Source: Eledone cirrhosa
Lineage: Eukaryota
Direction of reading: 5' to 3'
Length of the DNA: 64,000 bases
Assembly: GCA_964016885.1 (NCBI GenBank)
Contig: OZ024741.1
Coordinates: 221,340,001 to 221,404,000 of the forward strand
A program made the translations under genes and the position numbers. The notes under the pieces are model-generated. The model was not told where the DNA came from. It was given only the letters and a program-made list of their open reading frames with translations, and made no database searches. Within the stretch, counting starts at the first letter, position 1. The number at the start of each line of letters is the position of its first letter. Shown here one piece after another: positions 23,140 through 35,727 of the stretch.

Positions 23140-23700
23140 CAGTCATGTGACCTGGTCTGATGGTCATGTGACCTGGACTGATGGTCATATGACCAGGTTT
23201 GATGGTCATATGACCAGGTTTGATGGTCATGTGACCTGGACTGATGGTCATATGACCAGGTTTGATGGTCATATGACCAGGTTTGATGGTCATGTGACCT
23301 GGACTGATGGTCATATGACCAGGTTTGATGGTCATATGACCAGGTTTGATGGTCATGTAACCTGGACTGATGGTCATATGACCAGAATTATTTCGTTACA
23401 GTAAGAAGTTTGACATTTTAGCTGTGTCATGTGATCTGGTCTGATGGTCATGTGACCTGGTCTGATGGTCATGTGACCAGGATGATTTTGTTGTTATAAA
23501 AAGTTTGACGTAGAAGCTGTGTCGTGTGACCTTGTCTGGTGGTCATGCGACTTGACCTGATGGTCATGTGACCTGATCTGATGGTCATGTGACCAGGCCT
23601 ATTTCGTTGTTACAGTAGGATGTTTGTTTGACATAGTAGCTGTGTCATATGACCTGGTCTGATGGTCATGTGACTTGACCTGATAGTCATGTGACCAGGA
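23140..23700. repeat. 21-bp minisatellite with palindromic GGTCAT(G/A)TGACC core
   Basis: Direct inspection; translates as (MTIKPGH)n. Confidence 0.9.
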
Positions 23701-24289
23701 CTATTTAGTCGTTATAAGTAGAGCGTTTGACATAGCAGTGAAATGGTGCCCCTAAGACTCCAGCAAATGTTAAGAGCCCTTTTCCTATAACCCTAACCCA
23801 TAACTCTGTTGAGGTAATGAAAGGCCTTTATGTGGTCACTAGATCTGCTAAAAACTGCAGCCAAATCCCCCGCAAACTACATACTTCCATCTTAATAAAG
23901 AAAAACTAAGAAATTAAATAATGTACTCCTAGATATACTATGCCTAAAAAGAAAGACAGAATGGAGTGGGTTGAAATACTTTTGTTATAAGTCTACTGGA
24001 TTAGGACTGATCCGGGGTAAACAGCAACAACAACAACAAAATTAAAAATATTAAATAAATATCAAGATATTGTCCCATATCTTAGTAGTTGAACAAATAG
24101 AGGTCAATTTAATAAGTACTCAGCTTTGAACAAAATAAATACTGGGGTTATGATCAACTAAATCACTTTTGCTGGCTGTGCCCCAGCATGGCCACAGTCT
24201 AATGACTGAAACTGGTAGAAAAATAGAATAATTGAAAACAAAAAAATTACTTTAACAAAATAATATATATATAGAAGACTTTCCTATAT

Positions 24290-24356
<67 letters not shown>

Positions 24357-24500
24357 ACTACACTTGGACTACACTTAAGTGGACTACCTATAACAATAAT
24401 CTGTTACCCCGTATATATATATATATATATAAATATATATATATGTATATATATATTAATTCAAAATATTAACAAAAATAGAACTTCTTGGGATCAAGTA

Positions 24501-24564
24501 TATTTTATTATACATAGTTCAGAGGTACTGAGCTAACTTCAGTACGTCCTCATCAGATAAAATA
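24501..24564 (-). ncRNA. Hammerhead motif with mutated GAAA (GAAC) in a pLTR-like insert (24455-24682)
   Basis: Minus strand: TATTTTAT-CTGATGA-GGACGTACTGAAGTTAGCTCAGTACCTCT-GAACTATGTATA^ATAAAATA. The half copy at 27027-27075 (+) retains GAAATATATATA. Confidence 0.62.
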
Positions 24565-24684
24565 AGATGATGCATGACATACCCTGACATAGTAGATGGT
24601 TAAGATCCAGTCATGGTAGTGAATAAGATATGACAAAACTCAATATTTATATACCTTAAGATTGAGACATGAAAAAACTTACAT

Positions 24685-25545
24685 ATCATCATCATCATCA
24701 TCATCATCGTTTAACGTCCATTTTCCCCATTAGCATGGGTCTGGACGGGAATTGTCCCACTTAAGGCAAGATTGGTTGTCTTGTTCAGGACTGTCTGGCG
24801 GGTTTTCTACGGCTGGATGCCCTTCCTAACACCAACCACATTTACAGTGTGGTCTGGGAGGTTTTTACCGTGTTACCTACACGGCCACGTTACAGTGCGG
24901 ACTGTGTTTTTTTGTCGTGACACCTACACAACCTCATTTATTTAGGACTGGATGTTGTGGTACCAACATGGCTTTACATCAAAAGGGGTGGTGTAGATGG
25001 CAGTGGGGGTAGGGGTAGTGGGACGGGGGTGTATTTTGGTTAAGAGGTGCCTACTGACTAGGTTTCGCTTTGGACTTAGGCAAGGCTGGTCTTCTGTATT
25101 ACTACGTAGCGCCAAAGATCTCAGTCCAGTGACATTGTCTTAGAGAGGTGTAAGTGTGTGAGGTCGGATTGTATCAAGTCGTCCCAGGTTTTTCTGGCTC
25201 TGCCTACTCCGTAACTTCCATCTATTTTGATCGCCCTGCACTTTTTTATACAGCTGTCATCTTTCATGTGCATCACGTGACCATACCAGCGTAGTCTTCT
25301 CTCAAGTAAACAGCATATGGTCCCTCTTATTCCTAATTTCTCACTTAGTTCATTTATGCTTTGCCGTTCGCGTATATTACTATTACACATCCAACGGAGT
25401 ATGCAAGCTTCATTCCTCTCCAGTCTGCATAGATCCTCTGCACACAAGGCCCAAGTCTCACTGCCATGTAACATCGCTGTTCGTATGCAGGCATCATACA
25501 GCCTGCCTTTTATTTTTAGAGAGAAACCTTTAGCAGCCAATAGTG
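24685..25545 (-). mobile_element. Short 5'-truncated RTE family B copy
   Basis: ORF 25121-25540 (KGRLYDACIRTAMLHGSETW..RRLRWYGHV) plus the same 3' UTR as 27076-27470. Confidence 0.9.
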
Positions 25546-26154
25546 GTATAATACATATAATACAGAGGGTGCGTGTGAGAAAGCTTAAAAATACATAACA
25601 GCAATTTACATAACTGCAAGAGATTCAAATAATTTAAATTATTGAAGAAAAAGGAAAGAAAAAAGAAAGACAGAGAGAAAACAAATGAGGGGATAATATA
25701 GCTAGTAGAAGTATAGAGAGAAAAAGAGAATTGATCAAGGAAAGAGAGACAAAGAGGAATAATTTTTATAGTGTAAAACATAGGGAGGGATGAATTATAT
25801 ATATCTATTCAGAACTAGCTTTGCGAAAGAGTAAACTCGAATCTTTGAATTATTGAATTATCTAGAAGTATTCATCAATCTAAATCTTAATCTTAAATAT
25901 AACTGAGTGTAACTATATGAAGGTTAATTTCCAGTCCTTAGTTAATTAGTTATATATACTATCCAAACGTAACCGGTTGACCGTTAACTTTCAAATCATT
26001 TAAGCTAGTTCAGAGTAATGAATTAATCAAAGTGTATAATATTTCAGGCTGTAAAAGTTTATAAATATCTGTATTAATATTGTAAAACTCATTCTTTGAT
26101 TTATTCATTGAAAAACTCATTCTTTGATTTATTCATTGAACCTTGTTTAACCTT

Positions 26155-26204
<50 letters not shown>

Positions 26205-26207
<3 letters not shown>

Positions 26208-26740
26208 ATAATAATAAATTTGAAGACTAAAATCCAAAGAGGGCTCGATAAGGATAAATATATATCAAATATATAAGAACCGTAGAGCAAATATTTATTA
26301 AAATAACAGATTAAAGTTTAAGCAAAGAATCGCTGCTTTCACCCTTAATGGGATCTTCTGAAACTAACAAAGTCAATCTGTAAACGCAGAACTGGATATT
26401 TCAAAAAACGTTGCAACTGAAGGAAGACAGGAAGACGATACTTTGGTTCGTGGAAACGTTCGCTGGCAAAGAATGGGAAAAAACGAATATAATACGTCAT
26501 AAATAGGAGTGGTGAAAAACAATTACGCGCAAAGACAGAACCACGTTTATGGTATAAAAGTCGTAGACTAATGTTCACTTAAGTGGTGCATAGAGACGTT
26601 CTCTGGCAATGAACGAAAAAACGAAGATAATACGTCATATGTGGAGCATAGAGAACAATAGCACGCAAAGACAAAACCACGTAAATGGTATAGCAGAAGT
26701 CGATTCTTTGCTTAAACTTTAATTTGTTATTTTAATAAAT
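26205..26740 (-). mobile_element. Solo pLTR of the 16465 Penelope-like family with short terminal inversion
   Basis: 26295-26575 matches 16468-16735; 26701-26740 is the reverse complement of 26294-26332. Further pieces at 42330-42405 and 45715-45790. Confidence 0.8.
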
Positions 26741-26952
26741 ATATATATATAGACAAGTGGAAGCTTAGTAAAATCGAAGCTTTGGCTGCGGCCAAGTAAA
26801 GTTGACCTACAATTAGGAATGAGTAGCAAAGCACTCAATAAGGGTAGGTCCTTAGAGTAATAACATATGTTTAGACAGCTTGACAAATTGAAAATTGCAG
26901 CAGGCAAAACCCAACCATACAGTACCAAAACAACAAAAGAACTAATCAGGTT

Positions 26953-27026
<74 letters not shown>

Positions 27027-27075
27027 CAGCTCAGTACCTCTGAAATATATATAATAAAATATATTTGATCACATG

Positions 27076-28948
27076 AATCATCATCATCATCATCATCAAC
27101 GTTTAACGTCCGTGTTCCACGCATGCATGGGTTTGGACGGGGGTTTTCCCACTTGAGGCAAGAGTGATTGTCTTGCTCGCATAGGACTGTCTGGCAGGTT
27201 TTCTACAGTTGGATGCCCTTCCTAACACCAACCACATTTACAGTGTGGGTCTGGGAGGTTTTTACCGTGTTGCCTACACGGCCACATTACAGCGTGGACT
27301 GTGTGTTTTTTTGTCGTGACACCTACACGATCTCATTTGTTTCGGCCTGGATGGTGTGGCACCAACATAACTTTACATAGAAGGGTGCGGTGTGGATGGG
27401 GTGGGGGTGGTGGGACGGGGGTGTATTTTGTTAGAGATGCCTACTGACTGTAGTAGGTTTTACTTTGTATTTAGGTAAGGCGGGTCTTCTCTATTACTGA
27501 GTACCGCCAAAGGTCTCGGTCCAGTGACATTGTCTTGGTGAGGTGTAAGTGTGTGAGGTCGGAGTTTATCAGCTCGTCCCAGGTTTTTCTGGGTCTGCCT
27601 ATTCCGTGGCTACCGTCTATCTTTATTGCCCTGCACTTTGTTATACAGCTATCGTCCTGCATGCGCATCACGTGACCATACCAACGTAGCCTTCTCTCTA
27701 GTAAACAACATCTGATCCCTCTTATTTCTAATTTTTTCCTTAGTTCGTTTATGCTTTGTCGTTCACGTATATTACTATTACACATCCAGCGGAGCATGCA
27801 AGCTTCGTTTCTCTCTAGTCTGCGTATATCCTCTGCACACAATGCCCAGGTCTCACTGCCATGCAAGATTGCTGTTCGTATGCAGGCATCGTACAGCCTG
27901 CCTTTCATTTTTAGGGAGAACCCTTTAGCGGCTAATAGTGGTATAAGCTCTCTCAACTTTTTCCACCCAGTTCTGACTCTAGCTACTGTACTTTCAGAGC
28001 ACCCTCCCCCACTGCTGATTTTGTCACCCAGGTAACGGAAGCTGTCCACTATTTCTATAGAACCCTCTGCGCAGTTGAAAGAGCTAGTATTTTGTGGGAA
28101 CTTGCTGCTACTTATTGCCCCAGAACACCGGCCACATGTAAAATCTATGTTCTTAGTTAGCTTACCTGTGATCCCACTACATCTTTTATGCACCCAAACT
28201 TTGCATTTGGGACACAAAATGGAATTTCTACCTACGCCTTTCCTACACTCTGCGCATGGCCACTTCCCGGAGGGGACCGCCGCCTTATTTTCTTTCTTAC
28301 AAACTAGAACTTTAGTCTTAGCCAGGTTAATTTTAAGGCCTTTTGATTCTAGGCCGTGCTTCCATGTTTGGAATTTCTTCTCTAGCTCGGCCATTGATTC
28401 AGCTATGAGCGTTAAATCATCTGCGTATAGGAGTTCCCATGGGCAGCCGGTCTTGAACTCCACTGTTATAGCCTGGAGGGCAATAATAAATAGTAGGGGG
28501 CTAAGAACAGAGCCCTGATGAACACCAACTTTTACACTAAACTCTTCACTATATTCGTTGTTAATTCTAACCTTGCTGACTGTTTCTTTATACATGGCTT
28601 GTATAGCTCTCACAAGCCATTCATCAACACCTAGTTTTCTAAGAGCCCACCAGATAATGGAACGGGGGACTCTGTCGAAGGCCTTCTCCAAGTCGACGAA
28701 AGCTAAGTATAGGGGTTTACTTTTAGCTAGGTACTTCTCCTGTAGTTGTCGTACAATGAAAAGAGCATCTGTGGTACTTTTTCCTGACACAAACCCGAAC
28801 TGTATTTCATCTAGATCAATTCGCTCTCTGATTAGTTGCGCTATTACTTTTTCCGTGACCTTCATGACCTGGTCGATTAATTTAATGCCTCTATAGTTAC
28901 TCCTATCTAGGGCGTCTCCTTTACCCTTATAACAGTTAACGATAATAT
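27076..28948 (-). mobile_element. 5'-truncated RTE family B LINE with uninterrupted RT C-terminal ORF and long SINE-like 3' UTR
   Basis: ORF 27471..29009 has RT motifs AFVDLEKAFDRV, GVHQGSVLSPLLF, LLYADD and a PHD-like finger, and ends EKTRLT*. The 3' UTR runs 27076-27470 to a (GAT)n tail. The first ~20 aa of the ORF are non-element sequence. Confidence 0.93.
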
Positions 28949-29589
28949 GTCTATATTTATTAATATTTTGAAATAATATATATATATATATATATATTGT
29001 TGGTACCACAACATCCAGTCTGAAACAAATGAGGTCGTGTAGGTGTCACGACAAAAAAAAAACACACAGTCCACGCTGTAATGTGGCCGTGTAGGTAACA
29101 CGGTAAAAACCTCCCAGCCCCACACTGTAAACGTGGTTGGTGTTAGGAAGGGCATCCAGCCGTAGAAAACCCACCAGACAGTCCTGAGCAAGACAACCAC
29201 TCTTGCCTCAAGTGGACAATTCCCGTCCAGACCCATGCTAGCGTGGAAAATGGACGTTAAACGATGATGATGATGATGATGATGATATATATATATATAT
29301 ATAAGAAGACAATTATTATTATCATCATCATCTCCAAATTCACCATCACCAACATCATCATCACCAACATCCCCGTCATTATCACCATCACCATCATCAT
29401 CATCATTTAACATCAGTTTTTCCCTGCTAGGGTTGGATGGGTGCATTTTATTATATATATGATGATGATGATGATGATGATGATGACAGTATAACCATGT
29501 TAGCGTGTGTATTGTATGTATTTCAGAGTATGTGTATGTGTGTCAAAGTGTGCCTGATAGAGTATATATATGTATGAATATGAATAAGT

Positions 29590-29605
29590 ATATATGAAAG
29601 ACTGA

Positions 29606-29653
<48 letters not shown>

Positions 29654-29896
29654 GTGTGTGTGTGTGTAAGTGTGTGTGTGTGTGAGTATGTGTGTGAATG
29701 TATATGAAAGACTGAATGTGAGTGTATGTGTGTGTGTGTAAGTGAGTCTGTGTGTGAATGTATATGAAAGACTGAATGTGAGTGTGTGTGTGTGTGTGTA
29801 AGTGAGTCTGCGTGTGAATGTATATGAAAGACTGAATGTGAGTGTGTGTGTGTGTGTGTAAGTGAGTCTGCGTGTGAATGTATATGAAAGACTGAA

Positions 29897-29935
<39 letters not shown>
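29590..29935. repeat. ~60-bp tandem repeat built on (TG)n
   Basis: TATATGAAAGACTGAAT recurs at 29701, 29761, 29821 and 29881. Confidence 0.88.
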
Positions 29936-29984
29936 CAGTGTATGTGTGAGAGTAGAAGCAATTGTAAAACAGTGAATATGTGAG

Positions 29985-30240
29985 GATAATAATAATAATA
30001 ATGATAATGAAATTATTGTGTACAGTGCTCGGGTGCACTACAACTCATCAAAGGTGCATGTATAGTACATAGAATAATATACAAATGTCATGTGTGTGTG
30101 TATGGAGGGGGTGTATCAGGTGTAGTGTTGGCGAATCTCAGGAAGCATGGAGGTTTTAAAGGATGCAGTGTCTCGACAGCTAACAACTGATGCAGGTACT
30201 TTGTTCCATGATTCAGCAACTCTGAGCGTGAAAAAATGTT
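29985..30240 (-). mobile_element. CR1-like LINE 3' fragment
   Basis: The family encodes HFFTLRVAE.WNK.PASVVSCRDTASFKTSMLPEIRQHYT (CR1-type C-terminus) and has an (ATT)n tail. Other copies: 33058-33335 (-), 34141-34245 (-), 34385-34506 (+), 60555-60822 (+), 8079-8120 (+). Confidence 0.75.
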
Positions 30241-31084
30241 ATTTATGTAGGTGCATGTGTGTGTGAGTATATATATATTCATGATAATGCATGTGTGTGT
30301 ATATGTGACAATATATATGTATGACAATGTATGTGTGTGAGTGTATATGTGTGACAATTTGTGTATATGTATATATATATATATGTATGACTCTGTATGT
30401 GACAGTGCATGTGTGTGAGTGTATATGTGTGGCTCTGTAAGTATGGTCATGTCACGATAAAAAGCACCCAGTCCACACTGTAAAGTGGTCATGTAGGTGT
30501 CATGACAAATCGCACCCTGTCCACACTGTAAAGTGGTTGTGTAGGTGTCACAACAAAAAGCACCCAGTCACACTGTAAAGTGGTTGTGTAGGTGTCACAA
30601 CAAAAAGCACCCAGTCACACTGTAAAGTGGTCATGTAGGTGTCATGACAAATTGCACCCTGTCCACACTGTAAAGTGGTTGTGTAGGTGTCACAACAAAA
30701 AGCACCCAGTCACACTGTAAAGTGGTTGTGTAGGTGTCACAACAAAAAGCACCCAGTCACACTGTAAAGTGGTCATGTAGGTGTCATAATAAAAAACATC
30801 CAGTTCACACTGTAAAGTGATCATGTAAATGTGGTTGGCGTTAGGAAGGGCATCCAGCCATAGAAACCAAGCCAAAATATGTTCTGTAAGAGCAAAACAT
30901 GGTCCTCCAACTTTGTTTGTCTCACAACAGGACAGCTCGTCTAACCCATGCTGGTGTGGAAAATGAACGTTAAACGATGTTGATGATGATATATATGTGT
31001 GTGTGACAATGTTTGTATACATAAGTGACTCTGTATGGCATGCATGGGACAATATGTGTGACTATGTATGTGTGTATATATATA

Positions 31085-31725
31085 TATGGTCTTTAAAGCG
31101 ATGAAATACCAATGAAGGCTGGAAGATCACTGATGAAGGACTAAATTTATTCATATGTAACCCATTTGCAACCACGCAGCACACCATGTTTTCATATTTT
31201 TCATATATATTTTCCTACGCTGTGACCCGTCTGTTTCTTTCTTACTGCTTCCCCTTTTCTCTGTATCTCTCACTTCCTTTTACCCCCTCTACCAGTCACT
31301 CTCTCTGTTAGCCTCTTCCTCACACTTTCACTCACTCACTCTCTGCTACTCCCTCTCCTACTTCCTCCCGTTTGACCTGTGCGAGATTCTTTCCTCACTC
31401 ACATTTCGACCAGGTTCGATGGTCTTTATTCTCTCTCGTCCACGATTTCACAGAACTTATGTTCATCAATTTCAGGGACTTGACTCCTTCTTCCTCACTT
31501 TTCGTTGCATTACCATCTTTGTTTGTTTACTGTCTCGCTCGTTCCCCCTATTTATGTGTCCCGACTTTCTTTAGTCGTTGCTCACACCAACCAGAGGTAT
31601 ATGGTCTTTAAAGTGATGAAATACCAATGAAGGCTGGAAGATCACTGATGAAGGACTAAATTTATTCATATGTAACCCATTTGCAACCACGCAGCACGCC
31701 ATGTTTTCATATTTTTCATATATAT
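31085..31725 (+). mobile_element. Direct-repeat (partial tandem pLTR-like) element
   Basis: ~125-bp direct repeats at 31085-31210 and 31600-31725, each containing CTGATGAAGG but no GAAAC; flanked by (TA)n. Confidence 0.6.
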
Positions 31726-31971
31726 ATATGTCTGTGTGTGTGTGTGTAACAATATATATATGTGTGTGTGTTTGGTAAAAATTGTATGTGTATATATATA
31801 TGTGTGTGTATGTGTGTCTCTGACTCTGTATGTATGTATGTATATGACAATATATATATATACGTATATATGTGTGTGTGTGTGTGTAAAAGGTAAACAG
31901 AAATAACAACACAATCAGTACAGTATATGGAAGGTATATATTAGGTTAACGCTTGATATAGCAGGAAGAGG

Positions 31972-32010
31972 GTCTTAACATTTTGGACGCTAGTCCTTCA
32001 TCAGAAGAAA
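31972..32010 (-). ncRNA. Degenerate minimal hammerhead motif in a pLTR-like insert (31890-32330)
   Basis: Minus strand: TCTT-CTGATGA-AGGACTAGCGTCC-AAAATGTT^-AAGA (decayed GAAACGTT). Confidence 0.5.
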
Positions 32011-32504
32011 GAATGAGAAATAAAATAGATTGAGGGGACGGGCGGGATGGATTTGGAAAAAATGTCTTTAGATAAAAATAACAGGTCCATTTATGTTGAC
32101 ATCTCTTGTGTGTGTGTGTCTTTGGTAGAAATGTATGGACGTAAATACCTTTCAATATTCAGTTTTATTCACCTCAGATGAAATTCTGTCAGAGTTCACT
32201 TTTCTCCCGATCATTCTTCCAAGGTTGATTAACCGAACAACCAAGTCATGGCCTAGGGTTAAATTAATGGGACATACTCTTCTCTTTAACAGAACTTTTG
32301 GTCTTTTGTCAATATGTGAAATTATCATTGTCCTTTACCTCCACCTCCTCATCTTCACCCTCTTCCTCATCATCATTTCCTCCCACTCCACATTCTCATC
32401 CTCCTCATCATCTCCTTATCCTCCTCATCCCATCCGCCTCCTCATCCCGCCCCTCCTCCTCCTCCTCACCTTATCATCCTCTTCATCCCACCCCCTCCTC
32501 CTCC

Positions 32505-32541
<37 letters not shown>

Positions 32542-33044
32542 TTTTGTCATCATGTCCTCACCATCCTCCTCCCATCCTCCTCACCCCATTTTCAACCTTA
32601 TCCTCATCACCATCATAACCACCACCATCACCGCCATCATCACCATCAGCATCATCATCATTATATTTATCATCATTCTGTAAACTTTGAAGTTTTCCTA
32701 AAAGAACTTGAAGAAACAAAATACTTGTCATTTAATCCTTAATTTTCCCTGAAATAAATTGCTGCAGGGTTTCACAGACCCCTTCCTTTTCACACCAGTT
32801 ACTGTCAAGACTTCAGGTGTCCCTATGTCCCCGAACTGCAATTTTCCTTAGCAAAATTGAAAAAATTGCTGTCTACCTAAGGAAGGAGCCCCCTGAGGTG
32901 GAGTGGCCGCTGCAGTGGGTGATGCTGGCTATTCTCTGTGGCAATGTCTTCACCATTTTATCTGTAGGATGCAGCTGGGATATACCACTCTGACTAGGGT
33001 GTAGAGTCTGTCATTCCCTCCACCTCTTCCCTTCCTTTCATTGT

Positions 33045-34308
33045 TTAACCCTTTACCAATAATAAGGAAATTATTGTGTACAGTGCTCAGGTGCACTACA
33101 ACTCATCAAAGGTGCATGTATAGTATATAGAATAATGTACAAATGTCAAGAAAATGAACAGTGTACGAGTCATGAAATACATGTGTGTGTGTATGTAGGA
33201 GGGGGAGGGGCATCAGGTGTAGTGTTGGCAAATCTCAGGAAGCATGGAGGTTTTAAAGGATGCAGTGTCCCGACAGCTAACAACTGATGCAGGTAGTTTG
33301 TTCCATGCTTCAGCAACTCTGAGTGTAAGAAAATGTTACTATTATATTTTCATGGTAAAGGCTTTACCTCACATAATTATCTCATATAATATTTACATTA
33401 CTCTATATATACTATTGTATTTTCACGGTAAAGGCTTTACCTCACATAATTATCTCATATAACAGTTACATTACTCTATATGTACTATTGTAATTTCATG
33501 GTAAAGGCTTTACCTCACATAATTATCTCATATAACAGTTACATTACTCTATATATACTATTGTATTTTCATGGTAAAGGCTTTACCTCACATAATTATC
33601 TCATATAACAGTTACATTACTCTATATGTACTATTGTAATTTCATGGTAAAGGCTTTACCTCACATAATTATCTCATATAACAGTTACATTACTCTATAT
33701 GTACTATTGTAATTTCATGGTAAAGGCTTTACCTCACATAATTATCTCATATAACAGTTACATTACTCTATATGTACTATTGTAATTTCATGGTAAAGGC
33801 TTTACCTCACATAATATCTCACATAACATTTACATTACTCTATATATACTATTGTATTTTCACGGTAAAGGCTTTACCTCACATAATTATCTCATATAAT
33901 ATCTCACATAACATTACATTACTCTATATATACTATTGTATTTTCACGGTAAAGGCTTTACCTCACATAATTATCTCATATAATATCTCACATAACATTA
34001 CATTACTCTATATATACTATTATATTTTCATGGTAAAGGTTTTACCTCACATAATTATCTCACATAATATCGAATCTATGAGATTTTGATAGTATTTATT
34101 TTGCAAACAATACCTTAACATCAGTATAAGCAGGTGGTTATAATAATAATAATAATGAAATTATTGTGTACAGTGCTCAGGTGCACTACAACTCATCAAA
34201 GGTGCATGTATAGTACATAGAATAATATACAAATGTCAGGGAAGTTTGAACAGAAAGTGGTGAGAGAATTCTGGCTAATTACAGCCAGTTTAAATGCTAA
34301 AGGGTTAA
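33045..34308. mobile_element. piggyBac-type MITE (8901 family) expanded by an internal 73-bp tandem repeat and two CR1-tail insertions
   Basis: TTAACCCTTTA at 33045 and TAAATGCTAAAGGGTTAA ending at 34308; about 10 units of GGTAAAGGCTTTACCTCACATAATTATCTC.. at 33338-34065. Confidence 0.72.
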
Positions 34309-34599
34309 TTTCTTCTTTCGTTTTATATCTTTTCTTTTTCTTCTATTCTTCATTTCCTTATTACTTCATTTCCTTACATATGTATATCATGACTCATACA
34401 CTATTCACTTCCCTGACATTTGTATATTATTCTATGTACTATACATGCACCTTTGATGAGTTGTAGTGCACCTGAGCACTGTACACAATAATTTCATTAT
34501 TATTATATCATTATTATATTTATATAAATATTTCTGTAAATAAAATAAAACAAAATGTTGTCTCCTAGATTACTAATATTTTGTTTAATTCTTTTTCAG

Positions 34600-35727
34600 G
34601 CCAAGGCCAGATGTCCGGCTCTCGGTCATCTGTGACCACACCAGATGCATGTCCATCAGATGACTATTATGACTGGACATGGGCAGCCGTTAAAGGTTCA
34701 CCAGGACCAACCCGCAAAGCAGCTGCGACCCAAACTCCAGCTCGCTCACAAATGGTGCGCAAACATAGCACGGATTCTCTTCTGGCATATCGCACATATC
34801 AAATGGATGATCCACTGGCTGCTGCTGCAGTGGCACAAGGTCAGAAGGCTGGAAACACTTTACCATCAGTAGCAAAAGCAAGCAAACCTGTTGGTACTGC
34901 GACAACCTCTACCTCACTTGCCAGCCCAGTGGATCGAGCAAAGCGCTTCGATGCAAATGGGAGGACGGTAACACGACCAGCATCCAGATTCAGGGATTTA
35001 CAACTTTACAAAAAGCCACTACAGATCCACTATGGAGACTACGAATCATACAGAAGTGATGTGAAGAGAAAAGTTGAGGTGCAGAAAATAGCTGGCCTTG
35101 ACGGCATGCTAGGAATTCATGTCCTCTCAGGTCAAGGCTTAAAATCATCCAGGACAACACTACGGGATTTGTACTGTGTCGTTGCTGTTGATTCTATCAA
35201 CAAAGCACGAACAATGATTCGTACCGGTGCTGTGAACTTTGACTGGGATGAAGCTTTCGATATAGAACTCGAAGAAGCCAAAGAAGTATCATTTCTAATC
35301 TACAACTGGGACCCTAATTTTAAACATCGGTTGTGTTTTCATGGATCAGTAGTATTACCAAATTACATAGTTAGTGGTGAAAACAAACATGTAGCCCTTA
35401 AAGTTGAACCAAAAGGAGTTCTTTATATTGAACTACTTTATAAAAAGCCTGCGATTTCCTTACAGCGACTCCCCTCAGCAAAGAAGAATGCCTTGTTTGG
35501 TACTGATCTTGATGTTGTAATAAACCGAGAGAATTCTGGATTTGATGTACCATTAATAGTGAAGAAATGTATTGAAGAAATAGAAGTTCGAGGACTAGAA
35601 GTTGTTGGCATTTATAGACTTTGTGGCTCCGCCAGGCGGAAATCACAGTTGAGAGAACTCTTTGAAAAAAATTCTGCTGATGTTAACTTATCCGTGGAAT
35701 TTGTCACAGATATACATACGATCACAG
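34600..35727 (+). CDS. RhoGAP100F: Internal coding exon of a Syd-1/RhoGAP100F/SYDE-family Rho GTPase-activating protein (low-complexity linker, C2 domain, N-terminal half of RhoGAP domain)
   Basis: ORF 34581..35864 contains a C2 domain (GMLGIHVLSGQGLKS..RDLYCVVAVDSINKARTMIRTGAVNFDWDEAFDIELE) followed by RhoGAP (LFGTDLDVVINRE..VPLIVKKCIEEIEVRGLEVVGIYRLCGS, arginine finger intact). Acceptor ttctttttcag|G at 34599/34600 and donor ACAG|gtaagt at 35727/35728; both phase 1; 1128 bp. Confidence 0.92.

Noticed and set aside
26750-26955. Possible small exon between (TA)n tracts
   Set aside because: All three + frames contain stops and there is no recognisable homology or acceptor.
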